A stretch of DNA of 64,000 nucleotides, taken from the NCBI GenBank assembly GCA_025782575.1, contig JALGYY010000035.1:340670-404669 (forward strand), in the 5' to 3' direction. Source of the stretch: a bacterium. Lineage in GTDB: Bacteria > Orphanbacterota > Orphanbacteria > Orphanbacterales > Orphanbacteraceae. Position numbers and translations under genes: made by a program. The notes beneath the pieces were generated by a model. It saw only the letters and a program-made list of their open reading frames with translations. It was not told the DNA's origin and did no database searches. Positions 27,451 through 37,480 of the stretch are shown here, piece after piece (position 1 is the first letter of the stretch; every line of letters begins with the position of its first letter).

Positions 27451-28968
27451 TTACTCATCGGTTTTCCCGAACATCTCTTCCTGTACCGGTCGATCACAGC
27501 TCTCTTCGCTCATGTCCTTACCGTCGAACGTGAGAATGACGCACTTTCCATCTCTCAAAGTACGGAGACGCACCGGCCTTCTCCAGAATCGATGGACACT
27601 TCGAAGCGTCGCGCCCGCGTGTCCGGCATGGAGATCCAATCCTTCATGCCGATGGGCGAGCAGCAGTTCACCACGATTGTCGAAGTTCGCGTCTTCAACG
27701 AAGATGAACGGCCTTCCCATGTTGGTCAGCGAGAAGAGGAGCTGCTTCTTGACCGCCTCAAAATCCCTGGATTGGATCTCGTGCTGGCCCTTCTTTTCGT
27801 CAAAGGCAAAAACGAAAAGCTTGTGCTCCCGGCAGAACTCCTCGGTCAAAAACGTATCGATAAACGTAACGTCGTTATGAATCTTTCGTACTTCAAATAT
27901 TTTCTCGAGGCCGAGACCGAGATCGCGATTCCATTCACGTTTCTCAGTCAGGTTGTCGCAAGCCTCATACTCCTGCCCGAACCGGCCTCGATTCCACCGA
28001 TACTCGATGTCCCGAAACAGGTCAAGACCCATCTTATAAGGGTTCAGACGCCCCGGCTGGGTTGCCACAGTCCCCGAATGGTGGTCGGCGTAGTCGATCA
28101 ACTCCGAATCCTCAAGGCAATACTCGGTCATGATTTTGGAATGCCAGAACGTAGCCCACCCTTCATTCATGATCTTGGTCTGCCCCTGAGGAGCGAAGTA
28201 GTAACTCTCCTCACGAATCATCGAGAGGATGTCCTGCTCCCAATCGCGCAGGGGTGCGTACTGGATCAGGAAGAGGAGAATATCGCGAACCGGTTCGGCG
28301 GGAATTCTGCCGTTGCTTTGTTCCTTCTCCTTTTTCAGTCTCTCCCTCTGGGAGGCGAGAAACTCTTCGGGATTGATGAACGGGTCCATATAGTCTTTGG
28401 CTGCCAGCCGGGGAGGCTCGATCCCGTCAGCAGTTGTCTCGTCTGCTGTAATTGCCCGGTTCGGGAAAAACGCGGAGTGAGGATCAATCAGATCCTCGAT
28501 GGAATGACAGGCATCGAGAAACGCCTCGACTTCATCCTGGCCGTTCTGATCGGAGTACCGCTGCACACGTGTACTGTGATTGGCCATCTCATCGAGCATG
28601 CGACGGTTGGTCTTTGAGAACCAATAGTTATTCTTGAAGAAGTCGCTGTGCCCATACACGTGAGCCATGACCATCTTCTGATCGAGGGTGTTGTTGACGT
28701 CGAGCAGGTAGGCGTAACAGGGATCGTTGTTGATTACGAGTTCGTAGATCTTCTGGAGCCCGTAGCGGTACCCCTTCGACATCTGCTCGTATTCCATTCC
28801 GTATCGCCAGTGAGGATAGCGGGAGGGAAAGCCGCCGAAACTCGCAATCTCGTTCATCAACTCATAGTCGACCATCTCGAAGACAGTGTCGAAAAAGTCG
28901 AGTCCCACTGATCGGGCAACCGCCTCTACGTGTTCCCGGATACGGACAAGTTCCGCCGGAAGGCTCAT
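27451..28968 (-). CDS. spoVR: SpoVR family protein
   Basis: RYPHWRYG, KIYELVINNDPCYAYL, AHVYGH and TKIMNEGWA. Confidence 0.95.
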   Translation of the reverse strand: MSLPAELVRIREHVEAVARSVGLDFFDTVFEMVDYELMNEIASFGGFPSRYPHWRYGMEYEQMSKGYRYGLQKIYELVINNDPCYAYLLDVNNTLDQKMVMAHVYGHSDFFKNNYWFSKTNRRMLDEMANHSTRVQRYSDQNGQDEVEAFLDACHSIEDLIDPHSAFFPNRAITADETTADGIEPPRLAAKDYMDPFINPEEFLASQRERLKKEKEQSNGRIPAEPVRDILLFLIQYAPLRDWEQDILSMIREESYYFAPQGQTKIMNEGWATFWHSKIMTEYCLEDSELIDYADHHSGTVATQPGRLNPYKMGLDLFRDIEYRWNRGRFGQEYEACDNLTEKREWNRDLGLGLEKIFEVRKIHNDVTFIDTFLTEEFCREHKLFVFAFDEKKGQHEIQSRDFEAVKKQLLFSLTNMGRPFIFVEDANFDNRGELLLAHRHEGLDLHAGHAGATLRSVHRFWRRPVRLRTLRDGKCVILTFDGKDMSEESCDRPVQEEMFGKTDE

Positions 28969-28995
28969 CGATATTCTCCCTCGGCTTCTCGTCGG

Positions 28996-30075
28996 CTAGC
29001 GACCGCTTTTGAGAAATTCCTTGATGGATTGATAGATCTCCTCTTTCGACGAGATCTCGGACAAAACGAGTTTCGGTTCTTCTTCAACCTTCTCCCTCAG
29101 GTCCTTCACGAACTGACCTGTACCGTAGAGGCTCTTCACCTGGCCGTAGGAAAATTGATTAGCCGCGGGAATCAGCTTCTTCTTCAGAAGATCGATGGCG
29201 AGATCCGTGTCGCCCCCACCCCAGTTGTCACCATCGGAAAAGTGAAACGGGTAGATATTCCACTCCGAGACGGGATAATCCCGCTTGATCATGGCTTGAC
29301 ACAGCTCATAGGCGGACGAGATCTTGGTTCCACCACTTTCTCTCGTGTGATAGAAAGTCTCACGGTCCACCTCGCGCGCCACGGCATCGTGAATGATGTA
29401 ACGGGTCTCGATGTTCTTGTATTGCGATCGGAGCCACGTATCGATCCAGAACGACTCGAGCCGCACGATTTCTTTCTGTTCGTCCCCCATCGACCCTGAC
29501 ACATCCATCATGTAGATGACGGCGGCATTCGACTCGGGTTCCTCGACCGTCTTCCACGATCGATAACGACGGTCCTCGCGAATCGGCACGATGACCGGAT
29601 TGTCTTTATCGTAAGAGCCCGACGCGATCTGACGCTTGAGAGCCGCTGCATAAGTTCGCTTAAACTGTCTCAGTGATTCGGGGCCGGTCTTGCGGATCGA
29701 AGTGTACCTGTCCCTGACATTCTCGATCTCCATCTTGCCCCGGGGTTCGATATTGGGAAGCTCGAGTTCCTCCCCCATGATCTTGGCGAGTTCATCGAGT
29801 GAAACCTCCACTTCGAGTATGTGCTGACCCTCGGCATCTCCGGCCTCCGGCGTCACGGCCTCGCCCTCTTCCCCATCTCCCTGGCCGACCCCCCCGGATC
29901 CATTGTCACCGAAGTGGAATCGAGGTATTTCAATCTGCGGAATCGGAATGGAAACGAACTTCTTGCCTTGGCGGCCGATCAGTTCGCCCTTGGTGATATA
30001 TTGCTTGAGGTGCTTCTTGATACTTCCACGCACGATCTTCTTGAATCGCGTGTGGTCACGTCGAATTCTCAGCAC
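28996..30075 (-). CDS. YeaH/YhbH (DUF444) vWA-like protein
   Basis: [13 protein letters not shown] and FHFSDGDNW; between prkA and spoVR. Confidence 0.93.
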   Translation of the reverse strand: MLRIRRDHTRFKKIVRGSIKKHLKQYITKGELIGRQGKKFVSIPIPQIEIPRFHFGDNGSGGVGQGDGEEGEAVTPEAGDAEGQHILEVEVSLDELAKIMGEELELPNIEPRGKMEIENVRDRYTSIRKTGPESLRQFKRTYAAALKRQIASGSYDKDNPVIVPIREDRRYRSWKTVEEPESNAAVIYMMDVSGSMGDEQKEIVRLESFWIDTWLRSQYKNIETRYIIHDAVAREVDRETFYHTRESGGTKISSAYELCQAMIKRDYPVSEWNIYPFHFSDGDNWGGGDTDLAIDLLKKKLIPAANQFSYGQVKSLYGTGQFVKDLREKVEEEPKLVLSEISSKEEIYQSIKEFLKSGR

Positions 30076-30113
30076 GCCACTCGCCCCCCTCGATCAAACG
30101 AAGCGCGCATCGA

Positions 30114-32150
30114 TCAGCTGCTCTCCTTGATGTCACCTCTCGCGAAGATGGAGGCCACGAAATTGAGCACGTCCGTTGCGCTTGCGTCGTTGTATCCGAA
30201 ATTCTCGATGAGCCGACCCTTGACCACATCAATTTTCTCCTGGGCTTCCTGATCGACCACACTCGATACCAGGCTCGTCAGCTTGATCGTGTCTTTCTGG
30301 TCCTCGAAGAGCTTCAGCTCGAGCGCTTTCTGGAGGCGGGGATTGGCTCGGTAGTCGAACCGTTTCCCATCTACCGCCAGGGCACCGATATAGTTCATGA
30401 TCTCACGGCGAAAGTCGTCTTTCCGGCTCTCGGGAATATCGATCTTTTCCTCAATCGAACGCATCAGGCGCTCATCCGGCTCTTCACTCTGGCCCGTGTA
30501 CTTGTTGCGGACCTTTTCTTTCTGCGTGTACGCTTTTACATTGTCGATGTAGTTGGCACAGAGCTTCATGATCGAGTCCTCGTCCGCCGAAATTGCCCTC
30601 TGCACCTCATTCTTAACAATGTCTTCGTATTCTTCCCTCGCCACAGAAAGGAGCTCGGTGAAGCGTTTTCGCTGTTCCTCCGAACTGATCAATGTGTGAT
30701 GGCGGAGTCCGCTCGCAAGCTCATTCAGAACCATGAACGGGTTCAGATAGTCCTCATCCAGGTCGCTCACCAGGGCGTTCGAGATCTTGTCCTGTATATA
30801 GCGCGGCGAGATTCCCTCCATTCCCTCGTGCACGACTTCCTTCCGCAGCTCTTTAACGTTCTCTTCCGTAAAGCCAGGGAGCGACTTGCCGTCGTACAGC
30901 TTCAGTTTCTGTATGAGGGAAAGCTGCCCCTTCTTAGGATCTTCGAGCCGCGTCAACACGGCCCACATCGCCGCGATTTCGATCGTGTGCGGTGCAATAT
31001 GTTTCGCGATCTTCTTCTCGTTATAGTCCTTGTTGTAGATTCGAATTTCATCGCGAAGCTTGGTAATATAGGGGATATCGATTTTCACAGTCCTGTCACG
31101 AAGAGCCTCCATGTACTCGTTCTTCTGAAGTTTCTTGAACTCGGGCTCGTTCGTGTGGCCGATGATCACCTCGTCAATATCGGTCTGTGGGAATTTCTTC
31201 GGCTTGATCTTGTGTTCCTGGGAGGCTCCGAGCAGATCGTACAGGAATGCGACATCGAGTTTCAAAACCTCGACGAACTCGACAATACCCCGGTTCGCAA
31301 CGTTGAACTCGCCGTCGAAATTGAATGCCCGCGGGTCGGAATCGGATCCGTATTCCGCGATCTTCCTGTAATTGATATCCCCGGTGAGCTCCGTGGAATC
31401 CTGGTTTTTTTCGTCCTTTGGTTGGAACGTGCCGATGCCGACTCTGTCTTTTTCGGAAATCAGGAGACGCTTGACGACGATGTGATCGAGTACCCGGGAC
31501 CAGTCACCTTTGTACTCATCCAAGTATCGGGCGTACTGAAAGCGGCAGAAAGGATTCAAATCCCCGGCGATCACAATAGGATAGGGGACCCGCTCTGCGA
31601 GCTCTTCGATCAGCCCCGCCCGAGCCTCATCAGGCAGAAGACGGATGGGATCTTCATGCATGGGGGACCATTCGATCTGGCCGGTTTCGGGGTCCTTCCA
31701 GCCATATGTATACAGAGCCCCCTCAGGTATTCGTGAATAGGCTTCCAGTCCATGCTTCAGCAAGCGGACAATTGTCGACTTCGAACTACCCACCGGCCCG
31801 TGAAGGAGAAGAATTCGCTTCTCAGGCCCATAGCCGAGCGCGGCCGCTTTAAATATCTTAATGAGCTTCATGAGGGGGAGATCGAGCCCGAAGACAGCGT
31901 CAGCCCCACGGTTCATGGGATCACTGAAGAAATTATAGTGGATGATATTCTTTTTGCTGTCCTGGTACTCCTTGGTTCCGTAGGAGAGCACCATGTCATA
32001 GACACGTTGATAGGCAGTGCGGAGAACGCTCGGATTGTCATAGACAATGTTCAGATAATCTACGAAGTTTCCGGTCCAGTTGAGTTGCTCGTACCGATCA
32101 ACACTCTGGGCCGCTCGAGCCTTCTGAATTAAATCCTGGCCTCTGGACAT
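30114..32150 (-). CDS. prkA: PrkA/YeaG-family serine protein kinase (AAA+)
   Basis: [26 protein letters not shown] and HTNEPE. Confidence 0.95.
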   Translation of the reverse strand: MSRGQDLIQKARAAQSVDRYEQLNWTGNFVDYLNIVYDNPSVLRTAYQRVYDMVLSYGTKEYQDSKKNIIHYNFFSDPMNRGADAVFGLDLPLMKLIKIFKAAALGYGPEKRILLLHGPVGSSKSTIVRLLKHGLEAYSRIPEGALYTYGWKDPETGQIEWSPMHEDPIRLLPDEARAGLIEELAERVPYPIVIAGDLNPFCRFQYARYLDEYKGDWSRVLDHIVVKRLLISEKDRVGIGTFQPKDEKNQDSTELTGDINYRKIAEYGSDSDPRAFNFDGEFNVANRGIVEFVEVLKLDVAFLYDLLGASQEHKIKPKKFPQTDIDEVIIGHTNEPEFKKLQKNEYMEALRDRTVKIDIPYITKLRDEIRIYNKDYNEKKIAKHIAPHTIEIAAMWAVLTRLEDPKKGQLSLIQKLKLYDGKSLPGFTEENVKELRKEVVHEGMEGISPRYIQDKISNALVSDLDEDYLNPFMVLNELASGLRHHTLISSEEQRKRFTELLSVAREEYEDIVKNEVQRAISADEDSIMKLCANYIDNVKAYTQKEKVRNKYTGQSEEPDERLMRSIEEKIDIPESRKDDFRREIMNYIGALAVDGKRFDYRANPRLQKALELKLFEDQKDTIKLTSLVSSVVDQEAQEKIDVVKGRLIENFGYNDASATDVLNFVASIFARGDIKESS

Positions 32151-32211
32151 AGTATATTGCCCCTCCTGACATGCGAGACGTTGGAGACTACTCTACTCCA
32201 TTTGTATCCGC

Positions 32212-32239
32212 CTATCGGCGTTTCGCGCACAATTCTTTA
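32212..32239 (-). promoter_or_regulatory. sigma28 (FliA/SigD/WhiG-type) promoter upstream of prkA
   Basis: TAAA-N16-GCCGATAG on the minus strand, about 60 nt upstream of the ATG. Confidence 0.7.
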
Positions 32240-32343
32240 ACATTCCGCTACATTTCACTGTTTCTTATCCTCCATTCCTCCCTTTCACCCCCATCCAGTG
32301 ATCCCGGTTCGGGTTAACCGAATAGATGCTTCGATTGCAGCCT

Positions 32344-32379
32344 AAAAAAAAGGGGTGAAGCCTCATGGCTCCACCCCTT
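32344..32379 (-). terminator. intrinsic terminator separating the upstream gene from prkA
   Basis: AAGGGGTGGAGCC-ATGA-GGCTTCACCCCTT plus T-run on the minus strand. Confidence 0.85.
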
Positions 32380-32406
32380 GAATCTAAAACTTGAAGTATA
32401 CGCAGA

Positions 32407-32952
32407 TCAGACTTTCGGAGGACAACCCGCCGTCTTGCACAGGACTTCGCAACCGTTTCCGCCGCTCGTGCAATCCTTGAGGAGATCCGCATACACGGCG
32501 TTACCACTCGTGCCGGCAAACTCCAGGTAACAGCCGTCTTTTCCCTTGAAAACCTCGGCTTTGAGATCGTGATCGACAGCAAGCTTGGTGGCAACTGTCT
32601 CCATCCAGCCATGGATGCTGTCGGAATCTCCGAGGACATAGATGCGGAGACCGTTCTCGGTCTGCACGGCTTTCATGGTACATGCCTGCTCACTTCCGTA
32701 ATTGCACTTGGCAGCGGCGGCGCTCTTCGTGCCGCATAACGCTCCTGCCTTCTTAATGGAACCACAGGAAGCACTCGCCTTGAGGCCCTGGGCCTTTGCG
32801 GAACAGCAGCCGGACGCGCTCTTCTTCGCGCTGCAGGAGCTGGACTTGCCGTCGCTCTGATAGAAGACGCCGGAATCGGCCGTCGCGAAGGCCAGGCCTA
32901 GGACCGCCGGGACGGCGAGTAGAAGCAGGATGCGCTTGCCGGGAAATTTCAT
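32407..32952 (-). CDS. secreted cysteine-rich hypothetical protein
   Basis: signal peptide and 12 Cys in 181 aa. Confidence 0.7.
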   Translation of the reverse strand: MKFPGKRILLLLAVPAVLGLAFATADSGVFYQSDGKSSSCSAKKSASGCCSAKAQGLKASASCGSIKKAGALCGTKSAAAAKCNYGSEQACTMKAVQTENGLRIYVLGDSDSIHGWMETVATKLAVDHDLKAEVFKGKDGCYLEFAGTSGNAVYADLLKDCTSGGNGCEVLCKTAGCPPKV

Positions 32953-33054
32953 GTAATTTATCTCCTGTCGGTTTAAGGGGTTACAGTTTTTCGATCAAGG
33001 TTATTATGCAATCAGAGGCGGAGAGTGACCTATCTCCCTGCCAATTGTCAAGTT

Positions 33055-34092
33055 TCATCGGTGGCCGCGACTCTTTGTGCCGCCTGACCTCCCGCCTCCT
33101 CCGGATCGGCCGGGCGCTTTGCTCCCGCCGGCGTGTCCCGATCGGGATGTTCGGCCCGACCTCGAGATCTTGGAGCCGCTGCTGCCCCGGCTTGACGACG
33201 GCCGATCGACTCGCGCGCTGCTCTTCCCACCTGTCCGGCGAGTCCGACCTACCTGTGCGGACTCTCGTGTTCCTCTGGACCGGCTCCCCCGTTGAACTTT
33301 CGTTCCGGACGAGCGTGTGCTCCGTTCCGTCACATAACGATGCGATGAGGCTCGGGATCTTGTGGTTCTGAACTTCGACCGGCTCGAACTTGTGCGGCTC
33401 GCCGCCGCCACGGTTCGGGTCCTCCGATCCTTGCCATAGGAAGAACGGTAGGCCGTCTCGTAAGTGCGGCCGCCTCCGGGCGTGTTGTAGTGGTGATCAT
33501 TATGGTGACCGTACTGGTATCCATAGTGATGCCCCCACTGTTGGCCGTAATACCAGCTGACATAGAGCCCGGTGGAGTAGTACGGATAGTATGGGTAATA
33601 TGAGGAATAGTAATACGAATAAGGGTCATGATGCCACGAAGCGTAATACCATGGATCGTACCAGAACCAGTCCCAGTACCAGGGATCGTTCGCCCAGGTG
33701 TTTCGGGGGACCGCGTAGGGCACAAGGGCGATATCGACTGAGCTCGGACTGTCATACCGGTTGTAGCCGATCTCCGCAGGAATTTCGCTCTTCTCTTCTT
33801 CCAGCTCGATATCGGACGGAGGAGTTTCCCTCAGGCCGTTATATTCCGATGAGCGGATCATCGCTTCGATTACGCTCTCAGGAACTCCTTCCTCTTTCAG
33901 TTCCAGAATGTCGTCCGCTGTCAGTTCGAACGATTTGCCGCTTGCTTCGATCTGTGCAATGACGACACGTTCACCGACTCCCGCCTCGAGCAGCAGGATC
34001 ACTTCATCGATATCGAAGTCGACAGCCTGAACATCGGGAGAGATCAGAAAGAACAGAGGGAGAATCAAGATCCAGGGCAAGCGCCTATACAT
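33055..34092 (-). CDS. secreted protein with Tyr/Trp/His-rich region and Arg/Ser/Gly-rich tail
   Basis: signal peptide MYRRLPWILILPL after AGGAG RBS; strong compositional blocks. Confidence 0.75.
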   Translation of the reverse strand: MYRRLPWILILPLFFLISPDVQAVDFDIDEVILLLEAGVGERVVIAQIEASGKSFELTADDILELKEEGVPESVIEAMIRSSEYNGLRETPPSDIELEEEKSEIPAEIGYNRYDSPSSVDIALVPYAVPRNTWANDPWYWDWFWYDPWYYASWHHDPYSYYYSSYYPYYPYYSTGLYVSWYYGQQWGHHYGYQYGHHNDHHYNTPGGGRTYETAYRSSYGKDRRTRTVAAASRTSSSRSKFRTTRSRASSHRYVTERSTRSSGTKVQRGSRSRGTRESAQVGRTRRTGGKSSARVDRPSSSRGSSGSKISRSGRTSRSGHAGGSKAPGRSGGGGRSGGTKSRGHR

Positions 34093-34339
34093 GACCGGAC
34101 TCCTGGAAGGGGTAAATGCAATCGTCAAGATGACCATACCTCAGAACCTGTGAAATTGCAAGGGCTTCTGGGGACTGACACCCTCGGGACGCCTCCCCTC
34201 CCTCGCCCGGGCACTCTTCGAATCCGGGCACTCCGGACACTCCGAGTTTCGGCGGGCGCCCCTCTTTATTGAAACACGGAAAGGCGCCGGAAGGATCCCT
34301 CCCGGCGCCAGAATCGTATCAGTTGTTCAGTCCGGTCGC

Positions 34340-34588
34340 TTATCCCCTGCGGTACATCCAGTGCCCCGGCACCCAGCGATATCCGATCCGGGGCCCGCAC
34401 CAGGTCCAGTCTCCGGCTACCCAGGTCGCCTGTGCCCTGCAGAGGGCCGGCCGTGGAGCCTGCTTGACCACCACCACTGTCCTGATCGGTCGGTGGGAAT
34501 ATCGCCGGCCGCGATGGGCATCCGCCACGGTAGTGGTCAGAAGGAGTGCGGTCAGCGCTACAAGCCCGATTATCGTATTGCGTATCAT
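34340..34588 (-). CDS. small secreted YXWGXW-like repeat protein
   Basis: signal peptide, WVAGDWTW and YRWVPGHW; GGAGGAGG RBS. Confidence 0.75.
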   Translation of the reverse strand: MIRNTIIGLVALTALLLTTTVADAHRGRRYSHRPIRTVVVVKQAPRPALCRAQATWVAGDWTWCGPRIGYRWVPGHWMYRRG

Positions 34589-34626
34589 CTGGTCCTCCTC
34601 CATTTCAATTCGGTCTCTATTGCACA

Positions 34627-34968
34627 CTAGTAGTGAATCGCCCAGGCGTTACCGTCATAGTCGGCGTCGTCATTCATCAACGTCTCCTCCGTAAGGACGC
34701 CGACGGCCACGTGCATGCGACCGGGAATGTCTGAAACGGCATAGATCCCCGAGTATGTTCCGTCACCGTTGTTCGTCATCTCGATCCCCCTGTGGTTCAC
34801 ATGCAGAAACGCGAGATAGGCGGACTCGCCGGTTTCGACCGTTACTTCGATCTCGGCTTCATCGGTGAGCTCCGTCGCGGCCGGTGCCAGCGAACTGCTC
34901 GAGCCGTTGCAACCGGTGGCGAGAAAAACCGCTGCGGCGAGAAGAAGTGCTTGGAATGTCCAGCGCAT
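34627..34968 (-). CDS. lipoprotein of unknown function
   Basis: lipobox ATG-C after a hydrophobic leader; AGGAGGT RBS. Confidence 0.7.
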   Translation of the reverse strand: MRWTFQALLLAAAVFLATGCNGSSSSLAPAATELTDEAEIEVTVETGESAYLAFLHVNHRGIEMTNNGDGTYSGIYAVSDIPGRMHVAVGVLTEETLMNDDADYDGNAWAIHY

Positions 34969-35015
34969 ATTGTTACCTCCTCTTGCGTTGTTGTGAGAAC
35001 TGACTCTCAGAGGGA

Positions 35016-35030
35016 GCAACGGATGTGCCA
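35016..35030 (-). promoter_or_regulatory. sigma54 -24/-12 promoter
   Basis: TGGCACATCCGTTGC on the minus strand, 48 nt upstream of the lipoprotein start. Confidence 0.75.
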
Positions 35031-35226
35031 TGAAGAAAGAACTGCATAAGCTACTGGGATCGAATTAATTAGGAAGGTGGGGCACGAGAAGAGTCTCAGG
35101 AGAGATGAACCGATTCGAGCGGGTGGCTTTGTCAGGTGTTCGAAGTGGAACGAAAAACCGGCCCGATACCCCTCTGGGCGATCCGGACCGGTTCTCGAGT
35201 TTTTCGGACGTCTCCCAGGCGGTAGC

Positions 35227-35397
35227 CTAAAGGTCCTGCGGCTTCAGCGTCTTCCGGTTGTTCGCAACGGCGCGCTTCTCGGCCTTCGCGATCAAGGAGC
35301 GTACTTCCCTGTCCAGAGCATCGTAGAAATCGCTCGAGACGTTGCAGTTCTCGGCTGCGGCTTTCGTCCGGCTCTTCGAAATGATTAGATCTGCCAT
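35227..35397 (-). CDS. bacterial histone-fold protein (56 aa)
   Basis: MADLIISKSRTKAAAENCNVSSDFYDALDREVRSLIAKAEKRAVANNRKTLKPQDL; GGAGG RBS; RA..N.RKT...D histone L2 motif. Confidence 0.85.
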   Translation of the reverse strand: MADLIISKSRTKAAAENCNVSSDFYDALDREVRSLIAKAEKRAVANNRKTLKPQDL

Positions 35398-35500
35398 ACC
35401 TATACCCTCCCGAAATATCCACTGGAGACGGGGCCCTTCCCCGTTCTCCCGCCTATAATTCCGACGCACCGGGGGTCTGTCAACGAAAAAAACGCCTGAT

Positions 35501-37480
35501 TCAAGGTCGAGAGGCCGTCTCGCGGTATTCCTTGGCCCGGGGTGCGGAGACGGTTCGCAGGAGAGTGATCCCGGCAGCACCCAGGAGCAGGGCGCCCACG
35601 ACTGTCTGAGTCGAGACTTCATCGATAAGAGCCAACCCTTCGAAACGGCCACCCAGCAGCACAGTTGCGTTGTACAGGATGTGAAGCACCATGGGCGGTA
35701 CGATCGATCGACTTCTGTAGGCGAGAACGCCCGCAACGATTCCCATGATCGCCGTCGGCAGGAGCCGGTAGATGCTCAGGTGGAACAGGCCGAAGAAAAG
35801 ACCGCCCACCAGAATCGCCTTCCAGGGCTCCATCCCTCTCTCATGACGTCCCAGGATCAGCCCGCGAAAAAAGAGCTCCTCACAGATCCCGGGACTCACT
35901 GCAATTGCAAACAGGAGCATGGGGAGGCCCCCACCACCGATATCCAGAAGCCCCTCCATCTCCTTGAAGAGCTGCTCGGGTACGGGAAGGAAACGGCTTT
36001 GCAGGTGGAACATGAGGTTTGCGGCAAACAGTGTGGGAAGCGCCAGCAGGGCAGCCGCCACTACATGACCGACGGCCGGAAGCCTGAGACGAAACGTGTC
36101 AAGGTACGGAAGCTGATAGTACCGGGCGAACAGGAGTGACGGAATCAGAAGCAGTCCCCAAAGCGTCAGAAGCAGGCCGCTCAGCAGATCGTAGGCCTGA
36201 ATTGTGCTTCCGACGTAATAGAGAAGCAGCAGTTGTATGAAATAGAAAACATTGACTTCCCTGACCAGGGACCGATCGGCGCCCCGAGCCGGAGAGATTG
36301 AAGGAGCTGGGCCAAGTACAACCGCTTCACTCTCGAGATAGGAAACCGCTTTTCGGAGAACGATCACCGCGCAAATCGCATTCGAAAGAAAGACGGCGAT
36401 CAGGGGGAGGACGGGGAAGTTTCCGAGCAGCGCCTCCCGGACGGCGAGCGAAACGTTGGCGATCGGAGCGAACGCCGCCACGGAATCAAGACGGATTCCT
36501 GGCAGAAGCGCAATAGCGGCAGGCACGATCGAAAGAAGCATAATCGGCATGAGGAGGGTCTGTGCTTCCCGATAAGTCCTTGCATGACTTGCCGTCAGAA
36601 CAAGTACCGCGCTCAGAAAGATCGCCAGCGGCAGTGTAACGAGAACGACCACGAGTCCTGTCCCGGGCGAAAGCTCGAGAGAGGCCCGCGCCGCCGCCCC
36701 TCCCGTCAGTCCGAGTTTGATGGCGACGAAGTTCGAGACGAGAAAGAGGATGACCGAAGTGATCGCCATGAGAACGACAGCGAGGAACTTTCCCGCCACG
36801 ACCGACCTCCTGTCAGCGAGCGAAGTGAGCAACGTCTCGATCGTTCGTCGTTCCTTCTCACCGCTGAAGAGATCAACCGCTATGACCGAGGCGCCGTTCA
36901 TGAGAATGAGAACGAGAAAAATCGGGAAGATACGGCCGAATTTACTCCCCGCCATTCGCTCTTCTGAAGCGATGTTGGTCTCCTCCACATCGACCACAAG
37001 ATCCAGGTCGGCCGGAGCGCCGATTTCCTGGAGCCGTTCCCGGCGGAGTTCCCCCCTCCAGGAATCCACATGGTCCCGTATACGCTCCCGGGCCAGGCGG
37101 GACAGTTCCTTCGACCCATCGTAGAGAATCGAGATCTCCGTGGATGAATTCCCCTTTGTCGGGAATGTCGCAGGCAAGATGACGGACGCCTGTAATTCTT
37201 CCCGCCGAATGGACTGCTCGAAATTACTGGTCTCGCGGATTTCGATCAGATGATCTTCTTCGATTCTCTTTCGGAAACTGCGATCGGATCCGTCGATCGC
37301 CACCCAGACCGTTTCGTCTTCAAGGCCCTTTTCCCGCATCTCTTCGAGTCGTTGCTGGCCGAACAGGAGAACGGGAAAGAACGCGATGGGAAAAACGATC
37401 GTGGCGATAATACTCCGCCGATCACGCAGGATGTCGATCGCTTCCTTGCGGAATACGATGCCGGTGTCGCGGAGATTCAC
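35501..37480 (-). CDS. NatB-like ABC permease fused to a CPBP (CAAX/Abi) intramembrane protease
   Basis: GEKERRTIETLL; C-terminal EELFFRG, FGLFH and HILYN motifs. Confidence 0.88.
   Translation of the reverse strand: MNLRDTGIVFRKEAIDILRDRRSIIATIVFPIAFFPVLLFGQQRLEEMREKGLEDETVWVAIDGSDRSFRKRIEEDHLIEIRETSNFEQSIRREELQASVILPATFPTKGNSSTEISILYDGSKELSRLARERIRDHVDSWRGELRRERLQEIGAPADLDLVVDVEETNIASEERMAGSKFGRIFPIFLVLILMNGASVIAVDLFSGEKERRTIETLLTSLADRRSVVAGKFLAVVLMAITSVILFLVSNFVAIKLGLTGGAAARASLELSPGTGLVVVLVTLPLAIFLSAVLVLTASHARTYREAQTLLMPIMLLSIVPAAIALLPGIRLDSVAAFAPIANVSLAVREALLGNFPVLPLIAVFLSNAICAVIVLRKAVSYLESEAVVLGPAPSISPARGADRSLVREVNVFYFIQLLLLYYVGSTIQAYDLLSGLLLTLWGLLLIPSLLFARYYQLPYLDTFRLRLPAVGHVVAAALLALPTLFAANLMFHLQSRFLPVPEQLFKEMEGLLDIGGGGLPMLLFAIAVSPGICEELFFRGLILGRHERGMEPWKAILVGGLFFGLFHLSIYRLLPTAIMGIVAGVLAYRSRSIVPPMVLHILYNATVLLGGRFEGLALIDEVSTQTVVGALLLGAAGITLLRTVSAPRAKEYRETASRP

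Noticed and set aside
27592..31736. Long plus-strand ORFs (341 and 346 aa) opposite spoVR and prkA, and similar antisense ORFs elsewhere such as 6184-7101 and 50338-51180
   Set aside because: Shadow ORFs expected from high-GC codon bias; no motifs.
34208..34241. Three short CGG(G/A)CACTC repeats
   Set aside because: Too short and irregular to assign a function.
35398..35736. N-terminal 113 aa of the 169-aa ORF 35227-35736
   Set aside because: Mostly an alternate-frame overlap with the permease-CPBP gene; only the last 56 aa have an RBS and a recognisable fold.
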